A stretch of 62,712 nucleotides of DNA, filler included. It is 7 parts of 7 records of this genome, joined end to end, with 100 filler letters (N's around TTAATTAATTAA, not from the genome) between each part and the next. Parts side by side here need not be neighbours in the genome. Positions count along the whole stretch, not along the records: positions 17,036 to 25,490 come from SRR31156797_47464; positions 25,591 to 33,568 come from SRR31156797_47491; 5 more parts are not named here. One strand, given 5' to 3'. Under the pieces are notes generated by a model. It was not told where the DNA came from and searched no databases. It saw only the letters and a program-made list of their open reading frames with translations. This document shows positions 18,571 to 29,302 of the stretch, one piece after another. Each line of letters begins with the position of its first letter. Within the stretch, counting starts at the first letter, position 1. The position numbers and the translations under genes are program-made.

Positions 18571-19920
18571 TTAAATACCTATTAAGTGTTTCTTTAATCT
18601 ATCTTTTACATACCAAAGTAAAAACCAAGCACTACTATAATTGATAAGACCTAATACGATCCAAATATAAAAAAGATCTACTTTATAAATATGCACCATA
18701 AAAGATACAACTAATAAAGGCATCACTATCTGTCTATAGCTGCTTACATAAGGGATTATATGAGGCTGTTTTATCCCTTGAAGTGTAGAGTTTGAGATAA
18801 AAATACTTACATAAGCAAAAAGGATAAAACTTTTTATCACTATATATTCATAAGCAATCTTAACCACCTCTACATCATCATCAAAAGCTATTATCACATA
18901 TTTTCCAAAGAGAATCAAAAGAAAAACTCCAACAGCACTCATAGTGTATCCAAGACGCAGTGCTTTTTGTCGTACCTCTTCAACCCTCTCATATTTTTTT
19001 GCTCCAAAATTATTAGCCACTATTGTAGTTACTGCTGCATTAAGCCCTAAAATTGGGAGTAAAATAATCTGTTCTACTCTAAACCCTATCCCAAAAGCTG
19101 CCACTGCTTTATACCCATATTCTGAGATAAAAAAGATCAATACCATTCCACCAAAAGAGATCATCAACATATTGATACTTACAGGTATCGCTTGCTTTAT
19201 CAGTTTTGAATATATTCTTTTGTTTGGAATAAATATCTTAAAAAGATCAAACTCAAAAAGTTCATTTTGATTAAGCTTATAAAAAATATAAAAAAAAGTA
19301 ACTAATTGAATGATCAAAGTGGCATATGCAACACCAACAAATCCAAAAGCAGGAATAATTCCATATCCATAGATAAATAAAGGATTTAATAAAAGATTTA
19401 AAAAAAAGCCTACAATTAAAGCATTTCTATAACTTTTCGTATCCCCTAAAGCAACTAATATCCCATTAGCACCTAAAGTGATCAAAGTAGGGATAGCTCC
19501 TAATAAAATAACATTGGTGTATTCTATAGCTAACTCTAAGCCCTCATCTTTAGCTCCAATAAAGATAAAAATATCTTCTAAAAAACTAAATCCGATAATT
19601 ACTAAAAAAATGGAAAAGTAACTGACGACCCCTACCCCTTTTAGGCTAAAAAACTTTGCAAGATTGTATTTTTTCGCTCCTAAAGAGTTTCCTACATTTG
19701 CTACAATAGCTGAAGAGAACCCAAAACTAGAACTTAGAAGTAAAAAATAGACCATAAAGCTATATGAAAGTGCCGTTATAGCTATAGTTGAGATTGTTCC
19801 CACATAAAAAGTATCTACTACATTGTACATGGTATTAAAAAATATTCCTATGCTTGATGGGATCGCTATTTGTTTAATAAGTGTAGAGATATCTTGACTT
19901 GTAAGCTCATTTTTCTTCAT
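18571..19920 (-). CDS. MATE family efflux transporter
   Basis: YNVVDTFYVG, GDTK, LNPLFI, AAFGIGFRVEQ; about 12 TMs. Confidence 0.92.
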   Translation of the reverse strand: MKKNELTSQDISTLIKQIAIPSSIGIFFNTMYNVVDTFYVGTISTIAITALSYSFMVYFLLLSSSFGFSSAIVANVGNSLGAKKYNLAKFFSLKGVGVVSYFSIFLVIIGFSFLEDIFIFIGAKDEGLELAIEYTNVILLGAIPTLITLGANGILVALGDTKSYRNALIVGFFLNLLLNPLFIYGYGIIPAFGFVGVAYATLIIQLVTFFYIFYKLNQNELFEFDLFKIFIPNKRIYSKLIKQAIPVSINMLMISFGGMVLIFFISEYGYKAVAAFGIGFRVEQIILLPILGLNAAVTTIVANNFGAKKYERVEEVRQKALRLGYTMSAVGVFLLILFGKYVIIAFDDDVEVVKIAYEYIVIKSFILFAYVSIFISNSTLQGIKQPHIIPYVSSYRQIVMPLLVVSFMVHIYKVDLFYIWIVLGLINYSSAWFLLWYVKDRLKKHLIGI

Positions 19921-19956
19921 TAGTGATTGTATCAAAAAAAGTATTTAGTTATGTTT

Positions 19957-19965
19957 TGTTATAAT
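19957..19965 (+). promoter_or_regulatory. Extended -10 promoter (TGnTATAAT)
   Basis: TGTTATAAT 38 bp upstream of ATG 20003. Confidence 0.55.
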
Positions 19966-20002
19966 CCTCAAATTTCACAAGTTTTATAAGAGGAAAATAT
20001 CA

Positions 20003-20776
20003 ATGTCTAAAAGAAAAACAGTTGTTATCACTGGTGCTACAAAAGGGATTGGGAAAGCGTGTGCTTACCGATTTGCAAAAGAGGGAATCAATATAGCGTT
20101 CACTTACAATTCAAATGAAGAGATCGCCAAAGAGATTGCAATAGATTTAGAAAACACTTATGGAATCACTGCTAAGTACTATCCATACAATATCCTAGAG
20201 CCAGAGAGTGCAAAAGAGCTATTTACACTCATCGATGAAGATTTTGAAACAATTGATTATTTTATCTCAAATGCTATGATCTATGGTCGAGCAGTAGTTG
20301 GTGGATATGGAAAATATATGAAACTAAAGCCACGTGGACTTAATAATATCTACACAGCAACAGTAGATGCTTTTGTATGTTGTTCACAACAAGCAGCAAA
20401 AAGAATGGATAAAAATGGCGGTGGAGCGATCGTAAGTCTAAGCTCAACTGGAAACTTAGTATATATCGAAAACTATGCAGGACATGGAACAAATAAAGCT
20501 GCTGTTGAAGCGATGGTACGGTATGCTGCAACTGAGCTTGGGTCTATGAATATTCGAGTCAATGCAGTAAGTGGAGGACCTATTGATACAGATGCACTCA
20601 AAGCTTTTACAAACTATGAAGAGGTAAAAGAGAAAACTGCTGCCCTTTCACCACTTGGTCGAATGGGACAACCAGAAGACTTAGCAAGTGCATGTTACTT
20701 TTTATGTTCTGATGAAGCTTCTTGGATCACTGGAACCACTTTAATCGTTGATGGTGGGACAACGTTCAATAAGTAA
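20003..20776 (+). CDS. SDR, enoyl-ACP reductase (FabL-like) of Campylobacterota type
   Basis: TGATKGIG, NYAGHGTNKAAVE, NAVSGGPIDTDAL. Confidence 0.82.
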   Translation: MSKRKTVVITGATKGIGKACAYRFAKEGINIAFTYNSNEEIAKEIAIDLENTYGITAKYYPYNILEPESAKELFTLIDEDFETIDYFISNAMIYGRAVVGGYGKYMKLKPRGLNNIYTATVDAFVCCSQQAAKRMDKNGGGAIVSLSSTGNLVYIENYAGHGTNKAAVEAMVRYAATELGSMNIRVNAVSGGPIDTDALKAFTNYEEVKEKTAALSPLGRMGQPEDLASACYFLCSDEASWITGTTLIVDGGTTFNK

Positions 20777-21315
20777 TGCAAAAATCATTTAACCTCCCAA
20801 ATACTTTAGCAACCGCACGAATAGCCATGGCTCCACTTATGCTATGGTTTATGATTGACCAAAACAACCCACTTTTTGCTGGATGGCATGAAAGCTGGTT
20901 TAACTACTTTGCTGGACTTATCTTTGTATTAGCCTCAGTGACAGATTTTTTTGACGGCTATATAGCAAGAAGCTGGGATCAGATGACAAAGCTTGGAAGT
21001 ATTTTAGATCCTTTAGCAGATAAAATGCTAGTTCTTGCAGGATTTTTAGGGCTTATTGTTCTTGATAGGGCTAATGCCTTTGCGGTTTTTTTAATTTTAA
21101 GTCGTGAGTTTTTTATCACAGGGCTTCGTGTTGTAGCAGTTGCTGAGGGTAAAAGTGTCGCTTCTACTATGGCTGGAAAAGTAAAAACTGTAGTACAAAT
21201 GATCGCTATTGGTTTTTTAATTATGCAATGGCCTTTTGGAGAAACCTTACTTTGGATCGCAGTTGCGATCACACTCTATTCTGGATATGAATATATCCGT
21301 GATTATATGAAATAA
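20776..21315 (+). CDS. pgsA: CDP-diacylglycerol--glycerol-3-phosphate 3-phosphatidyltransferase
   Basis: NLPN.L, TDFFDGYIAR, G.ILDPLADK. Confidence 0.93.
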   Translation: MQKSFNLPNTLATARIAMAPLMLWFMIDQNNPLFAGWHESWFNYFAGLIFVLASVTDFFDGYIARSWDQMTKLGSILDPLADKMLVLAGFLGLIVLDRANAFAVFLILSREFFITGLRVVAVAEGKSVASTMAGKVKTVVQMIAIGFLIMQWPFGETLLWIAVAITLYSGYEYIRDYMK

Positions 21316-21326
21316 AAGAGGATACA

Positions 21327-22379
21327 ATGGGATTTATTACTTTTTTATTAGTATTATCTGTTTTAGTTTTTGTACATGAACTTGGGCACTTTAGTGTAGC
21401 AAAGTTTTTTGGTGTAAAAGTATATGTCTTTTCTATTGGCTTTGGGAAAAAACTTTGGACGAAAGAGTGGAAAGGGACCCAGTGGGCTTTTTCTATGATT
21501 CCTCTTGGAGGCTATGTAAAGATGAAAGGGCAAGAGGATCTCAACCCTGCTCTAGCTAATCATGATACAGACAGCTACCAAAGTTTAACTCCATTTCAAC
21601 GTATCTTGATCCTCCTAGCTGGCCCTTTTGCCAATTTTATTTTGGCATTTATCCTTTATATTGCCATTGGTCTTTTAGGAAATAATCATATCTCTCCTAC
21701 TATTGGAAAAGTGGTTGAAAACTCTCCTGCTTTTCATGCTGGGATAAAAGCAAATGATGAAATCGTACGAATCAATCAAACTGATATCAAAACTTGGGAT
21801 GATTTAAGTGATATTATCAAAAACTCAAATGGAGCTTTACAGTTTTATATTAAAAGAGATGGAAAACTTCAAAGTTTTATTATCCATCCAAAACTAAGTG
21901 ACTCACAAAACATCTTTAGAGAACAGATAAAGAAAAAGATGATAGGGATAGCTCCTGCTCCAAAACTTGTAAAGATATATTACTCTCCACTTGATGCTAT
22001 TAGCTTTGCCTATGATAAAACAGCAGAAGCAAGTAAAATGATCTTTTTAGGGATCCAAAAACTTCTACAAGGAATCGTACCCCATTCTGAGATTGGAGGG
22101 GTAATAACTATAGGAAGTGTTATATCAGAAGCAAGTCAATCAAGTATAATAGCCCTCCTTACAATTACAGCCCTTATCTCTGTAAACCTTGGGGTTTTAA
22201 ACCTTCTTCCAATTCCAGCACTTGATGGTGGACATATAATGTTCAATCTTTATGAAATGATCGCACGAAGAGCTCCAAGTGAAAAAGTGCTTATAAACCT
22301 TACTATTGGGGGATGGGTTATCCTTATAGGTCTTATGGGATTAGGTCTTTATAATGATATTAATCGATTATTAGGGTAA
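21327..22379 (+). CDS. rseP: RIP metalloprotease RseP
   Basis: HELGH, PDZ domain, NLLPIPALDGG. Confidence 0.93.
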   Translation: MGFITFLLVLSVLVFVHELGHFSVAKFFGVKVYVFSIGFGKKLWTKEWKGTQWAFSMIPLGGYVKMKGQEDLNPALANHDTDSYQSLTPFQRILILLAGPFANFILAFILYIAIGLLGNNHISPTIGKVVENSPAFHAGIKANDEIVRINQTDIKTWDDLSDIIKNSNGALQFYIKRDGKLQSFIIHPKLSDSQNIFREQIKKKMIGIAPAPKLVKIYYSPLDAISFAYDKTAEASKMIFLGIQKLLQGIVPHSEIGGVITIGSVISEASQSSIIALLTITALISVNLGVLNLLPIPALDGGHIMFNLYEMIARRAPSEKVLINLTIGGWVILIGLMGLGLYNDINRLLG

Positions 22380-22432
22380 TTTTTGATAGACTAAAACACA
22401 TTTTATAAATTTTTTAAAAAGGTATATTATTT

Positions 22433-24034
22433 ATGGTAAAAGTTGTCAATCTTAAAAAATCTTTCGGATCTAGAGTTCTTTTCTCTGATATCAATCTCTC
22501 ATTAGATGCAGGGAAAAGATATGGTCTTATTGGTGCTAACGGTGCAGGTAAAACAACATTTTTAAAAATGTTAAGTGGTCAAGAGGATATCACAGAGGGT
22601 GAAGTACAAGTTCAAAGCGGTAAAAAAGTGGGAGTTCTTGGACAAAATCAATTTGCTTTTGAAGAGTTTACATTAATCGATGCAGTCCTTTATGGAAACA
22701 AAAGATTATACGATGCTATTAAAGAGAAAGAAAAACTCTATATGGAAGAGTACACTGATGAGATCGGTGAGAGACTAGGTGAGCTTGAAATTATTTGTGT
22801 TGAAGAGGATCCAACATATGAGTATGATGTAAAGATCACAAAAATCTTAGAATCTCTAGGATTTCCTGCTGAAGAGCATAATGAACTCATGTCTACAATC
22901 ACAGGTGGAGACAAGTTCAAAGTTCTTTTAGCACAAGTGCTTTTTCCAAAACCAGATGTATTATTTCTCGATGAGCCTACAAATAACCTTGATATGCAAA
23001 CTATCTCTTGGCTTGAAAACCAATTACAACACCATGATGGTACACTCGTTGTTATCTCTCACGATAGACACTTTTTAAATGCTGTTTGTACACATATTTT
23101 AGATGTTGACTTTAAAAAGATCAGGGAGTTTACTGGAAACTATGATGATTGGTATATCGCTTCAACAGTTATTGCTAAACAACAACAAGCAAATCACGAT
23201 AAAAAACAAAAAGAGAAAGCTGAGCTTGAAGCCTTTGTTGCAAGATTTAGTGCAAATGCATCTAAAGCAAAACAAGCAACTTCAAGACAAAAACAACTTG
23301 AAAAACTTGATATCCAAGCTATTGAAGTAAGTTCTCGTCGTGATCCATCAATTGTATTTCAACAAGAAAAACCAATCTCAAAAGAGATCTTAGAGCTTAA
23401 AGATGTATGTAAATCTTATGATGGTGAAGTGGTATTAAAAGATATCAGCTTTATGATGGAACATAAAGATAAGATCGCTCTTATTGGTCCAAATGGGGTA
23501 GGGAAAACTACTTTATGTAAAATCCTAATGGATGAAGTTAAACCAGATTCTGGTGAAGTAAAATGGGGAGCAACTGCAACGATCAGTTATTTCCCTCAAA
23601 ATACAACTGATCAAATTAAAGGGGATATCACTCTTTATGATTGGTTAAGAGATTTTGATAGACAAGCTGATATTGGTGAGATTAGAAACTGTCTTGGTCG
23701 TATGCTTTTTAGTGGAACAGAACAGGAAAAATCAATTAAAAACTGTTCAGGAGGAGAAAAACATCGTATGATGATCTCTAAGATCATGCTTGAACGAAGA
23801 AACTTTCTTCTTCTTGATGAACCTACCAACCACCTTGATCTTGAAGCTATTATCGCTTTAGGGGAAGCTTTACATAACTATGATGGAAACTGTATCGTTG
23901 TATCTCATGATAGGGAGTTACTTGATGCTTTTGCTACAAGAATCATTGAGATTCAAAGTGATGGAACGATCATAGACTTCGATGGAACGTATGAAGAGTT
24001 CTTAGAATCTAAGTCACCAACTGAAGATGAATAA
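22433..24034 (+). CDS. ABC-F family ATPase (YbiT-like)
   Basis: Two NBDs (GANGAGKT, GPNGVGKT; LDEPTN twice), no TM segments. Confidence 0.92.
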   Translation: MVKVVNLKKSFGSRVLFSDINLSLDAGKRYGLIGANGAGKTTFLKMLSGQEDITEGEVQVQSGKKVGVLGQNQFAFEEFTLIDAVLYGNKRLYDAIKEKEKLYMEEYTDEIGERLGELEIICVEEDPTYEYDVKITKILESLGFPAEEHNELMSTITGGDKFKVLLAQVLFPKPDVLFLDEPTNNLDMQTISWLENQLQHHDGTLVVISHDRHFLNAVCTHILDVDFKKIREFTGNYDDWYIASTVIAKQQQANHDKKQKEKAELEAFVARFSANASKAKQATSRQKQLEKLDIQAIEVSSRRDPSIVFQQEKPISKEILELKDVCKSYDGEVVLKDISFMMEHKDKIALIGPNGVGKTTLCKILMDEVKPDSGEVKWGATATISYFPQNTTDQIKGDITLYDWLRDFDRQADIGEIRNCLGRMLFSGTEQEKSIKNCSGGEKHRMMISKIMLERRNFLLLDEPTNHLDLEAIIALGEALHNYDGNCIVVSHDRELLDAFATRIIEIQSDGTIIDFDGTYEEFLESKSPTEDE

Positions 24035-24050
24035 TATATAAAGAGCAAAT

Positions 24051-24359
24051 ATGGAACTTTTCTTTTTTATCTCTATAGGAACACTTATCTTTCTTTTTAT
24101 AATAAGAAAATCTATTTCAGATTTCTTATTTGAAAAACTAGATATTATGGTAAGTACAAAAGCGGTTACTTATGTATTGATCTTTTGTATTGTTCTTGTG
24201 TTTGTGCTAGGAACTCTTTTATCTGATCAAAAAGCAAAATATGGTCATATTAGCTCAAGCTATGAACAAATGAGACCAGCTCCAGAGAATCCAACAAAGG
24301 ATGAAAAAGAGAAACCGCACCGTTGGTTTGATATAAATTTTAATATTTTTAATTTTTAA
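24051..24359 (+). CDS. Small membrane hypothetical protein
   Basis: Two hydrophobic helices; fits the operon. Confidence 0.6.
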   Translation: MELFFFISIGTLIFLFIIRKSISDFLFEKLDIMVSTKAVTYVLIFCIVLVFVLGTLLSDQKAKYGHISSSYEQMRPAPENPTKDEKEKPHRWFDINFNIFNF

Positions 24360-24419
24360 GAGCGGATTAAACTTTTTTTAGATAAAATTCCGAATAATTT
24401 TACACTCAAGGAAAAAGAT

Positions 24420-24608
24420 ATGGCAAGAAGATGTATGCTATCTGGTAAAGGTCCTATGTCTGGGAATAACGTAAGTCACGCGAAAAACAGAACTAGAAGA
24501 AAATTTTTACCAAATTTAAGAACTGTACGTATTACTCTTGATGATGGTACGACAAAGAAAATCAAAATTTCAGCTAAAGAACTTAGAACTCTTAAAAAGA
24601 ATTCATAA
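24420..24608 (+). CDS. rpmB: 50S ribosomal protein L28
   Basis: [32 protein letters not shown]. Confidence 0.97.
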   Translation: MARRCMLSGKGPMSGNNVSHAKNRTRRKFLPNLRTVRITLDDGTTKKIKISAKELRTLKKNS

Positions 24609-24632
24609 GCTATTTCAGCTGAAGATGTTTTT

Positions 24633-25490
24633 ATGAAGCTCATACGAAACATCAAAAAAGCTATAGGTTGGGAGTATCGACGCTCCAAACCTGAGTTTAG
24701 TTTAGATAAAGAGATCTACTCTCAATTTAAACACTTTAGACTTCCTCTAATTTTACTTCAATTTATAATGATGGTTGGTACCTTAGGGTATATGATCATT
24801 GATGATTTTCCGATACTCGATGCTATCTATCAAACTGGTATTACTTTTACAACTGTTGGTTTTGGAGAGATCAGACCAATATCAAATGCTGGTAGATTAT
24901 TTACCATTACATTGATCATTTTTGGATTTTTAGTTTTTACCCTTGCTATTACTGCACTTATTCAAGTATTAGTCAAAGGAAAATTCTTAGACCTTTATAA
25001 GGAGAGAAATATGTTATATAAGATTTCAAGACTTCGAAACCACTTTGTTATCTTTAATCATAATGAATATACTGTTCAACTTGCAGAACAATTTAAACAA
25101 AATCATATCCCTTTTGTTATTGTTGATCCAAGTGATGATATGGAGCACATAGCCCATAAATACAACTACCCATACTTTGTAAAAGAGGAAACCTATACTG
25201 AGCGTGCCTTTTTAAAGTCACATCTCTCAAGTGCAAAAGGGGTGATCTCACTCTCACGTAATATCTCTGAAAGTATTACGATCATTGCATCTGTAAGACT
25301 GTATGAAAAAGAGCTAGAGCGAAAAAATCCTTATCTTATCATCTGTAATGCAGAAACACAAAAAGGATTAGAGAGACTTAAAAAACTTGGAGCTGATAAA
25401 GTTGTAGCTCCACCTGAACTTATGGCAAAAAGAGTAAGTGCTATGGCAATGAGACCCGATATGGAAAATGTACTTGAAGAGTTTTTATAT
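24633..25490 (+). CDS. Potassium channel protein (pore + TrkA-N/RCK), 3' truncated
   Basis: Selectivity filter TTVGFGE; RCK domain ending in LGADKVV. Confidence 0.9.
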
Positions 25491-25590
25491 NNNNNNNNNN
25501 NNNNNNNNNNNNNNNNNNNNNNNNNNNNNNNNNNTTAATTAATTAANNNNNNNNNNNNNNNNNNNNNNNNNNNNNNNNNNNNNNNNNNNN
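25491..25590. other. Artificial contig spacer
   Basis: N44-TTAATTAATTAA-N44. Confidence 0.98.
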
Positions 25591-25688
25591 TGATTCGCCA
25601 GCGACTTCAATCCCTGAAGCGCTGTTTTTGAGAATCCGTATTTTTTAAGAGCTTCAAACGACCGTTCAGTAAGTCGATAATCAGGCAT
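25591..25688 (-). CDS. 5' fragment of a hypothetical protein (MPDYRLTERSFEALKK...)
   Basis: GAGG RBS before ATG 25688; runs into the contig end. Confidence 0.45.
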
Positions 25689-26003
25689 TATTTGACCTCG
25701 CTTGAGAAGATTTCCGGCCCACAATAAAAAATGGGCTCTTTACCTCCCTGATGCAAAACGACTATTTAATTTCTTGAATTATGGTCTTTCTCCGAAACAG
25801 CTGTTCTCTAAATGACTTATATATCGTCTATTTGGCTGAAAAGGCAATGGATTTTTTTGCGGAAATTCAATATCTTTTGGAAAGCTCCCGCCACAAAGAG
25901 GTACGGATGCAGCCAAGCATCCGCACCGGTTTATTGTTTTGTTGAAACGGGAATGTTCCTGTATACTCCGAACAGGAGTTTCAACCTGTCTTGGAGAATT
26001 CAG

Positions 26004-28103
26004 ATGTTCAAAGCGGTTGCAGGACAAAGCGAAGGAATGGACACCCGCGAGGTGAGCCGGGCAGTTATCGCCCAGTGCCGGGAACAGCTGGACGCAGTTG
26101 CTCCCACGGCAGGCATCCTGTTCGCGGCGGCCCACTTTGATCACGCCCTTGCGCTAAAGGAAATTGCCGTGGCCTTTCCCGGGCTTGAACTTGCAGGATG
26201 CACGTCAAGCGGTGAAATGTCGTCCGCCATGGGGTTCAGCCAGGATTCCATGTGCCTGCTGCTCTTTGCTTCAGATACGGTTTCCATGGCCGCCGGCATC
26301 GGTCTTGGGATTTCGAAAGATCCGGACGGATCCGTCCGCCATGCCGTCCGGGACGCCTGTTCCCGGCTGGTTGGAAAGCCCGGGGTCTGCCTTATTTTTC
26401 CGGGCATTTTCGGCCGGGGAATCACCGCAATCCTTGCTTCCGCCCAGGAATCGCTGGGGCCTGGATGCAAATTGTTCGGCGGGGTGCCCGGGGCCGATGA
26501 ATTCGCCACCGATAAAATTTTTCAGTTTTACGGGGAAAGCGTCCATTGGGATGCGGTTTCGATCCTCTTGTTTGCCGGTGCCGTCAAGGTTGCTTCGGTG
26601 ATCTGTCACAGCTGGAAGCCTGTGGGCTACCGGTCGGTCATTGAGGAGGCTGACGGCAATCGGGTCAGGCGCATCGGAGGACGCACCGCCCTGCATTTCT
26701 ACCGGGAAGCGTTCGGTCCCTACACGGAACCGTTGCCCGAGATGCCCCTGGCCATCTTTGATGACAATGATCGATTTTATTTACGCAGCATCGTCAGCTT
26801 TGATGAGAAAGATGAAAGTGTCGAATATGCCACCCCCCTGCGGGAAGGCCTGGCGGTCCAGCTCACGGAAGCGACCCCCCGGCGCATTACCGCCGACCTG
26901 ATAGACCGCCTTCACGACCTGATGGCATCTGCCGGGGCTGACTGGTCGCCCCGGGCGGCCCTCCTGTTTTCCTGTAGCTCCCGGCGCTGGATCCTGGGCC
27001 TGCGGACCCGGGAAGAACTGGCCCTGGCGAGATCGGTTCTCCCGGAGAACATTCCCATTGCCGGGTTTTACACGTTTGGTGAAATCGCTCCCCTTGCCGG
27101 GGATCGGACGCCGAGACTGCACAACTGCACCCTGGTTGCCCTGCTTCTGGGGGAAGACAGATCCAGCCGGGCCGCCGATATCGGTGCGACCCGACACCAT
27201 GGACCAGCCAGGCAAACCGGAGAAGAACTGAAACTGCTCGCCCAAAAATTGTCCAGGGCCCACGCAGCCCAGGCCCGTCTGGAACGGCAAAAAGAATCCC
27301 TGACCAACATATTCAGGAGAATGAACGCGGATTTGACACGGGCAAAACAGAAAATCGAGGAACAGAACCTGATCCTCAAGGAGTCCCTGACCCTGGCCCA
27401 GGAAGTCCAGCAGAACCTCATTCCCGACCGGGCGCCGGAGATCGACGGCTTTGAAATTGCGGGCCGCAGTCTTTACTGTGATGAAACCGGCGGCGACTAT
27501 ATTGACTACCTGCCGGACAGGGACGGTACGGCGATCGTTGTCGGAGATGTTTCAGACCATGGCATCGCCGCAGCCCTGCTCATGGCCACCGCCCGGGCCC
27601 TGTTGCGGATGAGGGCCAGTTTCGAAGGAGCGCCCGTGGAGTTTGTAACCGATCTCAATCGTTTTTTGACCGATGATGTCCGGGACAGCGGACGTTTCAT
27701 GACGCTGATATATCTCCGGCTCAATTCAGCGGATCGAACCGTCACCTGGGTCCGGGCCGGCCATGATCCGGGCCTGCGCTACAATCCGGATACCGGCCGT
27801 TTCATCGAGCTCCGGGGCAAGGGAATGGCCTTGGGAGTCCTGGATGATGCCCAATTCCACGAGTACACCACCTCCCCCCTCTCTCCGGGGGAAATCATTC
27901 TCATCACCACGGACGGTATAACCGAAACCCGAAACGCAAAAGGCATTTTATTCGGCCGGGAACGATTGATGGATACGATCCGGAAAAACGCCGGGCATAG
28001 GGCATCGATGATTGTGGAATCGAGCCTGGCTGAAGTCCGCAAATTTCGTGAAGGCCTCCCCAGGGCGGACGACGAAACCCTGGTTGTCATCAAGGCCCGG
28101 TGA
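26004..28103 (+). CDS. FIST (NosP-like) sensor fused to a SpoIIE/PP2C phosphatase
   Basis: GCTSSGEM, FSC.SR, GFYTFGEIAP, LHNCT; coiled coil; GGDYID, GDVSDHG, TDGITE, DDETLVV; GGAG RBS. Confidence 0.88.
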   Translation: MFKAVAGQSEGMDTREVSRAVIAQCREQLDAVAPTAGILFAAAHFDHALALKEIAVAFPGLELAGCTSSGEMSSAMGFSQDSMCLLLFASDTVSMAAGIGLGISKDPDGSVRHAVRDACSRLVGKPGVCLIFPGIFGRGITAILASAQESLGPGCKLFGGVPGADEFATDKIFQFYGESVHWDAVSILLFAGAVKVASVICHSWKPVGYRSVIEEADGNRVRRIGGRTALHFYREAFGPYTEPLPEMPLAIFDDNDRFYLRSIVSFDEKDESVEYATPLREGLAVQLTEATPRRITADLIDRLHDLMASAGADWSPRAALLFSCSSRRWILGLRTREELALARSVLPENIPIAGFYTFGEIAPLAGDRTPRLHNCTLVALLLGEDRSSRAADIGATRHHGPARQTGEELKLLAQKLSRAHAAQARLERQKESLTNIFRRMNADLTRAKQKIEEQNLILKESLTLAQEVQQNLIPDRAPEIDGFEIAGRSLYCDETGGDYIDYLPDRDGTAIVVGDVSDHGIAAALLMATARALLRMRASFEGAPVEFVTDLNRFLTDDVRDSGRFMTLIYLRLNSADRTVTWVRAGHDPGLRYNPDTGRFIELRGKGMALGVLDDAQFHEYTTSPLSPGEIILITTDGITETRNAKGILFGRERLMDTIRKNAGHRASMIVESSLAEVRKFREGLPRADDETLVVIKAR

Positions 28104-28195
28104 CCCGTCAAACGCTCGTCAAAAGTTGCCCTCGATGGAATATCCCTCCTGAACTTAGATTCGTGGAGACGAATCACGGCAAAATTCATGAATGC

Positions 28196-28240
28196 TTGAC
28201 GCAATTAATGAACATATGTTAACTAAAAAATATTCATTAA
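28196..28240 (+). promoter_or_regulatory. Promoter with probable TetR operator(s)
   Basis: TTGACG -35; palindrome AACATATGTT; inverted repeat TTAATGAA...TTCATTAA upstream of tetR. Confidence 0.55.
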
Positions 28241-28289
28241 GCACCGTTTCGTTCTATCGCTTACTCTTTAAATTTAAGGCGGGATTCAA

Positions 28290-28973
28290 ATGCCCAGGGC
28301 ACCCATGGATGAAGCAGCAATATTAAAAAGGAAAGAAAAGATTCTTGATATCGCCGCGGAAATCATCATGGAAGACGGTTATCGAAGCCTTTCAATGAGG
28401 AAAATTGGAATTCGAAGCGGCATGACCGCAGCCAACCTTTACAATCATTACTCCAACAAGGATGAATTGAATATCGCCATCCGCATGCGGGCCGGCAGGC
28501 TCCTTTATAAAGATCTTTCAAAAGCCTATGAAACAGAAAATGATATTTCTGAAAAAATCTGGCTGATGGCCCGGGCATATATGAGATTCGGTCTTTTAAA
28601 ACCCAACTATTATTCAATCATGTTCGATATGCAAACGCCCAAATATGCGGACTATATCGATTCCTACCTGGAAACGCTTGCCAGGGAAGAAAAAGAATCC
28701 TCAGAGAAAAATATCGAGCTGTTAATGCAATGTGCAAGGGATTATGCCGAGCAGGGTTACGACACACCAAAAGACCCGAACCTCTTCCTGATCTTGATAT
28801 GGAGCCAGCTTCACGGCTTGGTTTCACTGTACAACAATAAACTTATTGCAGAAATTGATGAAACCCCTGATGAAACCATTGAGGAGGCAACCCGGCTTGC
28901 CTATGAAATGTTTATTGGTTTTTTCGGCAAAGAATCACCCGGGGGAAATATGTCAGACAACGGGGGGCGTTGA
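28290..28973 (+). CDS. TetR/AcrR family regulator (WHG-type C-terminus)
   Basis: HTH LSMRKIG..SGMTAANLYNHY.NKDEL; IWSQLHGLVSL. Confidence 0.92.
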   Translation: MPRAPMDEAAILKRKEKILDIAAEIIMEDGYRSLSMRKIGIRSGMTAANLYNHYSNKDELNIAIRMRAGRLLYKDLSKAYETENDISEKIWLMARAYMRFGLLKPNYYSIMFDMQTPKYADYIDSYLETLAREEKESSEKNIELLMQCARDYAEQGYDTPKDPNLFLILIWSQLHGLVSLYNNKLIAEIDETPDETIEEATRLAYEMFIGFFGKESPGGNMSDNGGR

Positions 28974-29007
28974 TAAACAAACACCCCAAAGGAAACTTGA
29001 AAAACGG

Positions 29008-29250
29008 ATGAAAACCATGGAGAAAGCAGGAATTCAGCCCCTTCAGGTGGGACAACTGAAATACGGCGGCGGTGTCACCAAAGTGGCCTATATGGATACC
29101 ATGGAAAGCGCCGGTTTTATCCTTGAACTGATCAAGACCAAAGCCTTTGACATAAATCTCGGTATGCCCCGGTGGCTGGTCCGTCTCGGCCGTATTACAG
29201 GGGATATTACCGGCATAAATAGAACGGCCACCGGCATGTTTCAGCCATGA
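29008..29250 (+). pseudogene. C-terminal remnant of a VOC/glyoxalase-family protein
   Basis: GIQPLQVG...KVAYMDT...GFILELI is the second VOC half; the N-terminal half is missing. Confidence 0.5.
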
Positions 29251-29302
29251 ATAATACGGACAACAGGTCATTTCATATACATCCCACTCTACGAGGTAAT
29301 TC

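Noticed and set aside
20003-25490. Campylobacterota-like gene run as a novel system
   Set aside because: Ordinary housekeeping genes (SDR, pgsA, rseP, ABC-F, rpmB, K+ channel).
25812-26003. N-terminal extensions from the ORF caller (also 121-162, 14022-14153, 43392-43454, 59203-59397)
   Set aside because: Better RBS-supported starts lie downstream; the extensions overlap promoters or neighbouring genes.
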